DNA of 64,000 nucleotides, from contig NC_043000.1 in assembly GCF_006345805.1 (NCBI RefSeq), forward strand, positions 80,228,001 through 80,292,000. Reading direction: 5' to 3'. Each line of letters opens with the position of its first letter. Position 1 is the first letter of the stretch. The notes beneath the pieces were generated by a model that had not been told where the DNA came from, ran no database searches, and worked only from the letters and a program-made list of their open reading frames with translations. The translations under genes were made by a program, and so were the position numbers. Source of the stretch: Octopus sinensis. Taxonomy: Eukaryota. Shown here piece after piece: positions 36,932 to 49,490 of the stretch.

Positions 36932-39250
36932 ATCATCATCATCATCATCATCACTTAACATCTGCATTTCTGTACTAACATGAGTTGGATGGGCCATCAT
37001 GTTTTTATTCAGTGTCACTGCCCTGTCTACTCTCCAGACAAATTGGTTAAACATGTCACTCATACATTCTATTTTGGCATGATTGCAATGGCTTGATGCT
37101 TTTGTAACGTTTATTGTAGGCATCTTATAGTGACACTAGCACTAGAGAGGTTATCTTGTTCTCAGCAAGACTAAAGAGGCTCAGAACTAAGGCACCTTTC
37201 AATGAACCCCTACCTGCTAACTTTCATCTTGCTAGCTGCATCCCCAAACATGGCTTACATGTTCCTCATTGGTTGATCAGCACCAGATTATCTCTATTCC
37301 AACAGAACTAAAAAGTCTTTATTCTCTGTTTTGTCTTCATATGCTAATGTAGCAGTTATGTATATATTGGAAAGGGCTTGTGAAATAAAATCTAGAGATC
37401 AATGATCGAATTTGAATTCAGTACATATAGGTATGAAACTGAGATGCAATAAAACTATCACACTTACCCTGATGTACCCATCTCCACAATTTCTATCCTT
37501 AATATATTATTAATTCACTAATTTCATGGAGATTCAGAAACATAGATTTCAGAAATTGATGTGAAAATTAAATCTGGAATGGTTGATGTGTGAAAATATT
37601 GAGTTTTCAGAATATTCTGACAGCAGCAGATGAAGACATTGTTGCAGTTTCAATAGACTTAACATTCTATTATACTTAATCGATTGTCATCAATTCACCT
37701 AATAATTCACAAATTTCTTTGTATTTTTCTGTATATCTATCTGTCTGTGTATGCATGTGTATGTGTTTGTATATATTTGTGCTTAAGAAGTTTACCTCAC
37801 AATTGTATGGTTCCAGGTTCATTTCAAAGGTTCACTTAAATTGTTCATCACTTCCTTGTTTCTGTTTGAAACACTGAGAACTTCTTACATTTCAAATAGG
37901 AGATGGGCTCCTTTTTGTCTCACTTTCTGCTTGAGTTCACAATTTAGGGCTGGGGTCAGGTTTGATTGCCAGTGAATCTATCACTGCTATATTTATAGAG
38001 TTAATCTCAGACAATCCCATCCCATTGTTGCAGGACTTTAAATCAGTCAATGAGACAAGCTTTGGATAATGTGTTTCATAAATGGCAACCATGCCTGTTC
38101 ACTGATGTTGTTTTGAGGAATCTTAGTTGATGCATCAACCTCAGTATGTGCAAGCCCATCATTGTCATTCATGATATCTTCTGTGTGCATTGACACCAGT
38201 TGAACCTCATGACCAGTAGAATGTGTCCCTTCTACAATAAGTGAAAGAGCACATACTTTAATTCAGTCAGATGTTTCCATTGACAAGATAAAATGGTCAG
38301 GTCATTGTGCACTACTGAAGCAATGTAGATATCAGCCACATCTGCTGATCTCTTAGAGACAGTTTCTTCTCAGCCCCTACGCAACAAATTTGGAGCTGAG
38401 CTTAGTTAATTATATTGACCTCAGTGCATGCCTGGTACTTTCTTCTGTCAAACCAGGAAGATGAAAGGTAAAGTTGACCCTGGCAAGATTTGAACTCAGA
38501 ACACAAATCCTTTCAACTTCATACTACAATGCTTGATGATTTACTGTTTTTAATAAGATGCCTAATAATAATAATGATGGTGAATTCTTTTATTTGTCTT
38601 GAAAGCATCATGTGAGGGGAACATTATGAGAACAGTTTAATTTTTGTGAAGGGATTTATATAAAATCATGAAGAAGAACAAATAAGACAGGCAAGAAACT
38701 ATTAGTATATATATATATATATATTATATAAAAGGGCTTAGTAAAATAAATTACTTTGCCGCATACTGAACTCGTTAGAAATAGCAGCTAAAAAAAACTA
38801 TTTCTAACACTTAAAGAAAACCTCTCTCATATAGTGCTTGCTCAATTCAACCCTTTTATATAATGTAATAATTTGAATTTGCCTTAAATGGTCCCTTTGC
38901 ATACTGAATACTTGGTGAAATTGATTAATTAATTAATTAATTTTACCCTCAATTGTTGAAATATATATATATATATATATATTGATCAAAATAAAAACAT
39001 GATGCTTATAATTATCAGGTGCTTATAAGTATACACAGGTGCTTATAATTATCAGTTACTCCACCACCTACACCACCAAACGGTATACACAGGTGCTTAT
39101 AATTATCAAGTACTCACCCCGAATTTCTATATATATATATATATAGATATATACATAAATGAGGGTGAAAAATTAAATATTAATTTAATAATACCGTCAG
39201 TTTAACACCAAGTGGCCTAGCACATAGAAACCAGGGAGACAGTACAAATT

Positions 39251-39794
39251 TATATATAAATATAAGAGAGTTAACGATAAGTGGCTAACTCTAGTGCTAG
39301 AAATAGCTCCTTATTCTGGTATAGCCACCGAAGATTTTTTCCACAGCAGAAACAGCATTACCTTCAACGTAAGGGAAGCAAAATACAACAAAAAGATAGA
39401 TTAATACTGAAAGTATGCTGCAGCAAATATTGTATGCGGTATTGTTTTCCACGGAGTCTTGGCATGCTTTCGGCGGGAAGCTAAACCACAACTATGTATG
39501 CAATTGATCAGACCGCATGTGTATTTCATCGCCCGTGTGGGTCTGATAAATTGTATCGAGGGCAAATACTGCTGATGAATTATAGACAAATATGTGAGTA
39601 AAATTACATATTATGTTGATAAGGAAACAATTGTTCAGTATTAATCTATCTTTTTGTTGTATTTTGCTTCCCTTACGTTGAAGGTAATGCTGTTTCTGCT
39701 GTGGAAAAAATCTTCGGTGGCTATACCAGAATAAGGAGCTATTTCTAGCACTAGAGTTAGCCACTTATCATTAACTCTCTTATATTTATATATA
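39251..39794. repeat. Fold-back element: 160-bp inverted arms with ~220-bp spacer holding a hammerhead motif
   Basis: 39251-39411 is the reverse complement of 39634-39794 with ~1 mismatch; ends in (TA)n. Confidence 0.85.
39565..39642 (+). ncRNA. Type-I hammerhead-like motif with long stem II
   Basis: AATACTG CTGATGA a[TTAT a GACA AATATGTGA gtaaaa TTACATATT a TGTT g ATAA]g GAAAC AATT GT T CAGTATT. Confidence 0.6.
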
Positions 39795-39859
39795 TATATA
39801 TATATAAAACATACAAAATATGAATAAATATGAAAAGTATACATAGTATACAGAATATA

Positions 39860-40590
39860 TAGCCACATAAATGATGCAGTCCTCCCAATACAGAAGAGCC
39901 TCAAGAAACTCCACAAATCCAAAATCAGACTGTCTAGCAAGCACACATACCCTCACACACCTGTTGTCCTCAAGTCTGCTGGCACATCCCTCTCCCACCT
40001 ATTGTTCTCCATTCTACAAGTATATGCTTCAGCAGTTTCATCACAGTCACCCTTCTTTATAGAAATTCACTAGAGAAGAGCACTTCCCTCTCCATCCTTT
40101 CTTTTCTTCCTGAGTGGAACTTGAAAAAGTTGATGAAAAAGTCAAAGAGGAAGTTGTCTGACCTCACTCCTTTCAGCCTCTTTCATCACACAACCTCTTT
40201 TGCCAGAATGACCAGAGAGAAGAAAACTGCCTGCCCAGCCCTATTAAAGAAGGTAGTGGCGCAATCTTCAATGGACTTGGCTGATAACCAGGTCCATTCT
40301 ATGCACAGCTATGGCTTTTGGCAAAAACGCCATATGTTGGCAATGTTCAAAAATTGCACAAGTGCATACAATAGTTTCGCCATTCTGCATGCCACTTGAA
40401 CAACCTTACTTTATAACACTCTCATGCCTATAGAGTTCATATCGAACTGGTTGAGACTCTTGGTAGCATTGCAAGGCCAAGGATTTCAGGAAGTTATCTA
40501 TAGAAATACCCAGTCCAAAGGTACTCCCAAACAGACTAGCTAGTTCATCCTCAGAAATACCAAGAGTTTCTCTGAAGGTAACATCACTCA
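39860..40590 (-). mobile_element. L1/Tx1-clade LINE 3' fragment, degenerate
   Basis: Reverse strand resembles 1800-2400 (..ALQCYQESQPVRYELYRH..ETIV..). Confidence 0.55.
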
Positions 40591-40599
40591 ATGATCATC

Positions 40600-42240
40600 A
40601 CATTTGAGTCTTGAGTTCCTATGCAACTCACACTATGAGCTGAGAAAGAATGAACCTCGCATCAACCACCTTCTCTTCATGAATGATTTAAAACTGATTG
40701 CAAAAACAGAGCCTGAAATGGAGAGGCTGGTTGAGACTGTGAAAATTGTGCAGCAAGAATATAGGGATGGAATTTGGTATCTTGAAGCATGTGGTGCTTA
40801 TTTTGAAGCAGGAGAAAAGAGCAATTGTAGGGGCATAGAATTGCCAAACAGAGAGAGAATGGAATACCCAGATGATGATGAGTACAAGTAACTTAGGATC
40901 CTGGAGCTGGACAATGTCTTGCATAAAGAAATGAAAGACAAGGTCATCACTGCATATTTCAAGTGCTTTAAACTTCTTTTGAAATCAAAACTCAGCTCAA
41001 GGAGCCTTGTGACTGCCATCAACATATGGGCCATTGCTGTAGTCTGCAATAGTGCACCCATCCTGAAATGGACATAAGCAGAAATTAACCAACTCAATTG
41101 CACTACCTGAAAGATAATGATAATGTATGGTGCCCTCCACCCTAAGGTGAAGCTTTACATGAAGTAGGATAAATGTGGACGTGGGCTGATTAGCATACAG
41201 GAGTGCATCAACAGTGAAAGAAGAAACATGGCAGAATATCTTATAAACAGCAAACAAGACTTGCTACAATATACTGCTAATGCTGAAAGATTTAGCAAAA
41301 ATGGACTTGAGAGTGCTCATGAATTCCAATCAAGAACAGCCAACGAGGGAGAAGAAACCCTACTCGCATGGAATTACATGGTCAATTCCACTGTGAAACA
41401 AACAAATTAAAAGACCAGGAAGCCTCATAGAGATGGCTCAACAAGGTTGACCTAAAAAGAATACTGAAAGCCTAATCATCGTGGCCCAGGACCAGGCATT
41501 GAATACCAAGTCAGTGAAAAAGAATATATACCACACAAGTGCAATGGACCTCTGCAGAATGTGTAAGAAGAGGGTTGAAAGCATGACTCACATTGTTAGT
41601 GCTTGTGAAAGTCTTGTGTAGAAAGAGTACAAGCACAGACATGATAAGGTAGCCCCAAAACTCCACTGGCTACTATGCCTTAAGTATGGATGTGGGATTA
41701 TGGGTATTTGGTACCAACATACACCAAAAAAGGTAATGGATGAAAAGAGGAAGGCAAAAATACTCTGGGATGACTTCCAGACAGACAAGGTATTAGAGCA
41801 CCAAAAGCTGGATATAGTAACCTTTAGGAGGGGCAAAAAAGAGTGCCTAATAATTGACATGGCAGTGCCAGGAGATCAACATATGATCATGAAAGAAAGA
41901 GAATAGATTGATAAATATGGAGACCTGAGAATTGAGATTGCTAAGATGTGGCAGCTACGAGAGTCGAACATAAAGGTTATCCCTATTGTTATTGGAACAT
42001 TGGGTTCAATACCACCCAATCTGAAAAAATATCTGTAAAGTTTAGAAACACCAAACAATCTAGGTGTATTGCAAAAGCTGGCATTATTTGGAACTGCACA
42101 CATATTGCATAAGGTAGTGCCTGTCTGAGGTCCTTGTCGTGACTTGACAAACGGTACAAACCTCTGGTGGACACAATATCTTCAATCAACAATGTCATGA
42201 TATTGTAAACTGTGTGATGTCTATAATAATAATAATAATA
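40600..42240 (+). mobile_element. R4/Dong-like RLE LINE, 5'-truncated, degenerate
   Basis: INHLLFMNDLKL, CRMC..ESMTHIVSAC, RHDKVA, ILWDDFQTDK, IIDMAVPGD; (TAA)n tail ~42225. Confidence 0.8.
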
Positions 42241-42259
42241 ATGATGATGATGATGATAG

Positions 42260-42940
42260 TAATAATAGTTTCAAATTTTGGCACAAGGCCAGCAATTTCA
42301 GAGGAGTGGGTTAGCATTTTGCTGGGCATGCTAATGATTCTGCCAACTTGCTACCATAATAATAATAATAATAATAATAATAATTTTTGACCGGTACTTA
42401 TTTTATCAACCCTAAAAGGATGAAAGGCAAAGTCAAACTCAGCAGCATTTGAACTCAGAGTGTAAAGATGGACAAAATACTATTTAGCATTTTGCCTGGT
42501 GTGCTAATGATTCTGCCATAATAATTCTTTCTACTAAAGGCAAAAGGCCTGAAATTTAGCAGGTGGGGACTAGTTAATTATATTGACTCCAGTGTTCATT
42601 GACCCTGAAAGGATGAAAGACAAATTTGGCCTCAGCAGAATTTGCAAGGATGAAATGCCACTAAGCATTTTGCCCAGTGTGCTAACAATTCTGCCAGCTC
42701 ACCACCTTCATAATAATGATAATAATAATCCATTCTATTATAGACACAAAGCCCGAAATTTAAGGGGGAGGAATAGTGGATTACATCAACCCCAGTGTTT
42801 CGCTGGTACTTTATTTATTGACCCAAAAAGGATGAAAGCAAAGTCGATCTTGGCAGAATTTGAACTCTGAATGTAAAGACAGACAAAATGCCACTAAGCA
42901 TTTTGCCCAGCAAGCTAACAATTCTGCCAGCTCACCACCA
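42260..42940 (-). mobile_element. Cluster of ~4 head-to-tail tRNA-SINE copies/fragments (Deu/Nin-like)
   Basis: Repeated GGTGGTGAGCTGGCAGAA heads and CTTTCATCCTTT..GGGTC cores separated by (AAT)n. Confidence 0.7.
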
Positions 42941-43633
42941 TAATATCAATATTAATAATAATAATAATATTTGTAGTTACCATTTCTTTTCTGATAGATG
43001 GATGAAGCGGGCATTACAACAGTGATGATAAAAACAAGAATTGTACTTATATACCTAGATTGTAGCACAGTGATTAGGTGATTAAGACAAATTGTTGTTG
43101 CGCTATTTACTGATTTGGACATTATTTCAGAGGCTTCAACAAAAAAATATTGAGATTATTATTAGTGTGATGATGGCGATGATGGTGATGATGGTAATGG
43201 AGTTGATTAAGTTTGTTTGTATTGATGTAAGCTGGTCACCTGACTGTAACAGACCTATTAGCTGTATAGCAGCTGATACTTCAAATTGTTGCTAATCATG
43301 ACAGCAAGCTTTTTCTATTAATTCCACTGCAAGCTGAATTTTTTTTTCTTTCTCCCAACAGAATGATGTATAGAGTAGACTGGAGTGCTTTTTAAGTCAT
43401 CTGTAGTACTGTAGATGTTAGAAATTATATTTCAGTTAAATAAAACGTTGCCGCTATATAAGCTATGGAATTCAATTGGTTGTACTAGGCAGAGGGGTTA
43501 GATGAAATATCATTCTAAAAAATATTAGAATATGATATATTTGTTGCAATGATGATATTACAGTAGGGTGTCATTAGTATTAATATCAATATTAAATGTT
43601 ATGATATAATATGTAACAATTAGTTGGTTGTCA

Positions 43634-43696
43634 TAATGAAACTCAGAGTTTCGGATGCCGGGGCTGAAGTCTGCTCCAGCATCTCATCAGTTATTA
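43634..43696 (-). ncRNA. Hammerhead-like motif family D, core intact
   Basis: TAATAA CTGATGA GATGCTGG..CCGGCATC c GAAAC TC T GA GT T TCATTA. Confidence 0.55.
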
Positions 43697-43904
43697 AGAC
43701 AGACGCTATGAAAAAAAAAAACTATTGAATAGAAGGAAATTACTCCAGTAGGCATGGGAAAGTAATACTTTGTTCATAGAATACGCATATGCACACATAC
43801 ACACACACATATACACGTATGCATACAGATGTATGTATATATATCTATACACATACATGTGTATACATATACATACAAACACATGTATACATATATATGT
43901 CTAT

Positions 43905-44200
43905 GCATGCCTATTGGAGTAATTTCCCTTTATTCAACGTTTTTTTTATTCTCCCAAAGAACCTGAGGAACTTGCACAAAGTAGATGTAGGCATTTTAAA
44001 ATCAAGGCTGGACCTCTTCCTGACGAGAGTCCCAGATGAATCTACCTCACGACAAGAGGTGCAAATGATGGTAGCTACATCAAAATCTATTCTTCACCAA
44101 GTGCCACATATTGGAAGAGGATCTCAGTAATAACAGTGTAGCATAACGGTGGTGCATCAGCATGGCCACAGCTCTGAGCTGAAATTACAGAAAAAAAAAA
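43905..44200 (+). mobile_element. CR1-group LINE 3' end
   Basis: LFNVFFILPKNLRNLHKVDVGILKSRLDLFLTRVPDE, then short UTR and poly(A). Confidence 0.65.
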
Positions 44201-44201
44201 C

Positions 44202-44233
<32 letters not shown>

Positions 44234-44281
44234 CTATAAATATACATATATATATACATATATATGTATATATATATATAT

Positions 44282-46206
44282 ATCATCATCATCATCATCA
44301 TCATCATCATTTAGCGTCCGCTTTCCATGCTAGCATGGGTTGGACGGTTCTACTGGGGTCTGTGAAGCTGGAAGGCTTCGTCAGGCCCAGTCAGATCTGG
44401 CAGTGTTTCTACGGCTGGATGCCCTTCCTAACGCCAACCACTCCGTGAGTGTAGTGGGTGCTTTTTACGTGCCACCTGCACTGGTGCCAGACAGAGCTGG
44501 CAAACGGCCACGAACGGATGGTGCTTTTACGTGTCACCGTCACGGGGGCCGGGCGAGGCTGGCAATGGACACGAACGGATGGTGCTTTTATGTGCCACCG
44601 ACACGGGGCCAGACGGAGCTGGCAAACGGCCACGAACGGATGGTGCTTTTACGTGTCACCGGCACGGGGCCAGGCGAGGCTGGCAACGGACACGAACGGA
44701 TGGTGCTTTTACGTGCCACCGACATGGGGGCCAGACAGAGCTGGCAAACGGCCACGAACGAATAGTGCTTTTACGTGTCACCGACACGGGGGCCAGGCAA
44801 GGCTGGCAGCGGACATGAACAGATGCTTCACTTAACCACTGCTTTCTGATATATGATTTGATTTGGTTTGATTTTGATTGTTCTCACTGGTCTTGCCGGG
44901 TCTTCTCACGCACAGCATACTTCCATAGGTCTCGGTCTCTGGTCATTTCCTTGGTGAGACCTAAAGTTCGAAAGTTGTGCTTCACCACCTCGACCCAGGT
45001 TTTCCTGGGTCTACCTCTTCCACAGGTCCCCTCAACTGCCAGGGTGTGGCACTTTTTCACACACCTATCTTCATCCATTCTCGCCACATGACCATACCAA
45101 CGCAATCGTCTCTCTTGCACACAACATCTGATGCTTCTTAGGCCCAACTTTTCTCTCAAGGTACTTACACTCTGTCGAATATGAACACTGACATTACACA
45201 TCCAACGGAGCATACTAGTTTCATTTCTTGTGAGTTTACGCAAATCCTCAGTAGTCACAGCCCAAGTTTCACTACCATGTAGCATGGCTGTACGTACACA
45301 TGCATCATACAGTCTGCCTTTTACATTGAGCGAGAGGCCTTTTGTCACCAGCAGGGGTAAGAGCTCTCTAAACTTTGCCCAGGCTATTCTTACTCTAGCA
45401 GTTACACTTTCAGCACACCCGCCCCCGCTACTGACTTGGCTAGGTTGATTCTAAGGCCCTTCGATTCTAAACCTTGCTTCCACACCTGAAACTTCTCCTC
45501 CAGTTCTGATAGAGACTCAGCAATTAGAGCAAGGTCATCAGCATAGAGGAGCTCCCAGGGGCAACCTGTCTTGAATTCCTCCATTATTGCCTGGAGGACT
45601 ACGATAAATAGGAGGGGACTGAGGACTGAACCTTGGTGGACCCCAACCTCTACCCTGAATTCTTCACTGTACTCAGCGCCAACCCTCACCTTACTAGCAG
45701 CGTCTCTGTACATGGCTTGTACAGCTCTCACTAACCATTCATCTAGTTTCCTCATTGACCACCAGATAAGGGATCGGGGGACCCTGTCGAAGGCTTTCTC
45801 CATATCGACAAAAGCCAGGTATAGGGACTTGTTTTTGGCTAGGTATTTCTTCTGCAGCTGCCTTACCAGGAATATAGCATCAGTAGTACTTTTCCCTGGC
45901 ACAAACCCAAACTGCATCTCATCTAAACTAACTCTCTCTCTAATTTGTTGGGCTATAACCCTCTCCGTAACCTTCATTACCTGATCTAGCAGCTTGATAC
46001 CCCTGTAGTTATTTGTATCTAGGGCGTCACCTTTACCTTTGTAGCAGTTGACTATTATGCTGCTACACCAGTCATTGGGAATGACTCCTTCGTGTATCAC
46101 CTGGTTAACTATACGGGTGACTAGGCTATAGCCAGCACTACCAGATATTTTGAGCATCTCTGCAGTAATTCCTGATGGGCCTTGGGCTTTCCCTGTTTTC
46201 ATGCTT
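44282..46206 (-). mobile_element. RTE LINE, 5'-truncated, internal deletion of PHD-like finger
   Basis: ORFs 45402..46268 and 44884..45348; 3' UTR ~61-bp repeats 44460-44820; (GAT)n tail. Confidence 0.92.
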
Positions 46207-46592
46207 GTAATATATATACATACACACACACGCTCTCTCTCTCCTCGCACACAAACATACACACACACACAAGCACAGAGAGGATGTTTTATAATAATAA
46301 AACTGAAGATTAACTGATTGAAGGACTCACTAAAAGTGCAGAATCAAATGTTTTTAATAGTTTTATTGGCATTTTATTGTCAGAAGTTGACATTCTGATG
46401 ATGCTAACAACTGGCAAAACTTCAAATTCACTATCAATAGAATAATTACATACACACACACACATAGATACACACACACACATGCATATATACATACATA
46501 ACCATATTCATACATTTATATATACATACACATATATATATTTTCAAGATTAAATAAAAGACAACAGAATATGACATACCTGTATATATATA

Positions 46593-47856
46593 CAGGGGTT
46601 GGAGAAAAAATAATGGAAACACCTAGCATCATAATTTTGAAATATCTATAAAACTGTCAAAAGCTTGTTTACTTTTATGTTTTTATTTGTTATTAGTGTT
46701 GCTAAATATGTCTTGCTAAAATTGCTGTTTCTTTTCTGTTATCATTAGAAAAAGGTAATTAAAATTCAGTAAAATGACAGATCTACTGGACTTTCAAAGA
46801 GGTCAAATTGTTGGTCCTAGTATGGCAGGTGCTAGCATAATGAAAACAGCTGAAATGTTTGGTGTATCAAGAAGTACTGTCTCAAAAGTAATGACAGCTT
46901 TGAGAAAGACGGAAAAACTTCCTCATCAAAACAAAACTCCGGAAGCAAACTAAAACTTTCAGATAGGGACCATCGGACTCTTACGTGAACTTTTAGAAAG
47001 GATCACCAAAAGTACAGCTCCCAAAATTATTGCAGAGCTTAATGACCACCTCGATAACCTAGTTTCCACAAAAACTGTTCACTGGGAGCTGCACAAAGCC
47101 AGATTTCACAGGAAGGCTGCAATCAGAAAACCACTACTTTCAAAAACAAACGTTGCAAAGTGTTTAGAGTGGAGTACAAACCTACAGTGGTCCTTAGAGC
47201 AGTGGAAGAATGTTATTTTCTCGGACAAGTCATCCTTTACCATATTTCCGACCACCGGCTGAGTATACAAGTGGAGACAGCCAAAGAAATAATTTGATCC
47301 AAACTGCTCTCTCCCAACTGTTAAACATGGAGGAGGATCTGTGATGATCTGGGCGGCTATATCTTAGAAATTCGCTGGCCCAATGATTTCCCTTCAAGTC
47401 AGAATTAATAGTCAAGACTATTTAAGCATTTTATCTGATCAAATTCATCTTGCGGTTGCGGAACTGTTTCTGGAGGGAAACACTATCTTTCAGGATGATA
47501 ATGCACCAACTGACACAGCTAAAGTTGTTACTGAATGGCACAAGGAACATTCTAGTGAAGTTGAATATTTTATCTGGCCACCACAGTCCCAAGATCTCAA
47601 TATTATTGAACATTTATGGTGCAATTTAGAAAAACAAGTAAGGAAATAATATATTCCACCATCATCACTATAAGAACTGGAGACTGTTTTAGCTGAAGAA
47701 GGGACAGAAATTCTTTTGGAAACAATTTAAACTTTGTATGATTCCATACCTCATAGAATTCAAACTGTAATTACTGCCAAAGGCGGTCGTACCCCATATT
47801 AAAATAAATTTATTTGAAATTTTAAGGTGTTTCCAATATTTTGTCCAACCCCCATG
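46593..47856 (+). mobile_element. Tc1 DNA transposon, full-length but decayed
   Basis: ~31-bp TIRs CAGGGGTTGG..GGAAACACC with TA TSDs; MTDLLDFQRGQIVG start at ~46775; FQDDNAP and WPPQSQDLNIIEHLW. Confidence 0.92.
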
Positions 47857-47879
47857 TATGTGTGTGTATATATATATAT

Positions 47880-48135
47880 TACTTCGTTGTTGGATTTAGT
47901 TTGCAAGATTCTTTATGTGAGTTCGTGTGTTGAAGCTATTTTGTTGTGTCTGGGGAGAATCATTCTGTTTTAGAGCCTCACCACTAAAGTTTCCACTCAC
48001 TTATTTATTTTTTTCTAAAATTTTCGTTGCTTCTTGCAACCTTTTCAATAGTCATTGAGTGTCAATGACTATTTGAAAGGTTACAAGACGCAGCAAAAAT
48101 TTTAGAAAAATAAATAAATAAATCAGTGGAAACTT
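47880..48135. repeat. Palindromic non-coding repeat with hammerhead-like motif (family E); second copy at 50400-50590
   Basis: Inverted about 48052-48066; 48015-48051(-) reads CTA TTGAAAA g GTTGC aagaa GCAAC GAAA A TT T TAG. Confidence 0.65.
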
Positions 48136-48178
48136 TACTGTATATATATATGTGTGTGTGCGTGTGTGTGTATATGTG

Positions 48179-48248
<70 letters not shown>

Positions 48249-49089
48249 ATATATATAATATAGAAACAGAGATATATTGATAGATATACAGTTATACATG
48301 CACCCTCCACACACACACATCAGTGGCTGGGATATTACAGAAATATAAGCTGCAATTGGTTTATGAGAATAACTACATTGATAAAATATTTATAGCAAGG
48401 ATATTTTCTATAAATTACTATGATATGATATAAGCATTTTATGAAATCAAGCTCATAAAATATCACTAGCACTGATATTTGGCTATGAAATATTTATAAT
48501 AACACTATAATTGTTTTTTATGAAAGCTCTATGGTAAAATATCAGATAGAAGTAATGTTTATATATAACAATATTCCATAGCTGTTTATGATAACAATAT
48601 TGTGGAGGCAGTAGAGATATTTTTTTATAAAATAGAGCAAAATGTAATAAATGTTTTACATGATAAACACAGTGTTTTATATGGCAGGATGTCAGATGGT
48701 AATAATATTTCTATAAATTAATGTGATGCTGTAAAATCAACTTGGTGAGAATATTTATGTAAAAGAAATATGGGTATTGGTATGGATGGGAGACAGAAAT
48801 CTAAAGGGAGCTTGTCATACATGTGTGTGTGTGTGAGTGTATCTGTCTTGGCATTGGTTAAACATCATCAAACATCACCATTAAAATTCATCATCAAACA
48901 TTAGCATCATACAAGCAATGATGATTGTTTGCAGTCTTCTTCTGTGAAAACATGTTCAGCCACTTTGCTGGATGTGCTTGAAAGATTGGGAAAAATATTG
49001 CTTTCAAATTTTGGCAAAAGGCCACAATTTCAAGAGAGCAGGGAAAGTCGTTTCTGCCAATTCCCCACCTTAGACGGTTTATCTTTTAT

Positions 49090-49490
49090 CTTTTACTTGT
49101 TTACTGTCAGTATACTGTGGCCATGCTGGGGCACTGCTTTGAGGAATTTTTTAGTTGACCTTGTTGACACCAGTTCTTATTTTTTTAAGCCTGATACTTA
49201 TTCTATAGGTCTCTTTTGCCAAACCACTAAGTTACAGGGATGTAAATACACAAACTCCAGTTGTCAAGCAGTGGTGGGGGATAAAGACAACTCACACATA
49301 TGAGCATACACACACACAGACACACACTCATACATATATATATAGAATGATCTTCTTTCAGTTTCTGTCTACCAAATCCACTCTCAAAGCTTTGCTTTGG
49401 TAGAAGACATTTGCCCAAGGTGTCACGCAGTGGGACTGAACCCAGAACCATTTTGTTGGGAAGCAAGCTTCTTACAAAGCAGCCATGTGC
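49090..49490 (-). mobile_element. tRNA-derived SINE (same family as 10965)
   Basis: Reverse strand: TAAGAAGCTTGCTTCCCAAC..GGTTCAGTCCCACTGCGTGACACCTTGGGCAAATGTCTTC. Confidence 0.75.

Noticed and set aside
37460-37700. Minus-strand donor CAGG|GTAAGT with possible exon
   Set aside because: All frames contain stops; unsupported
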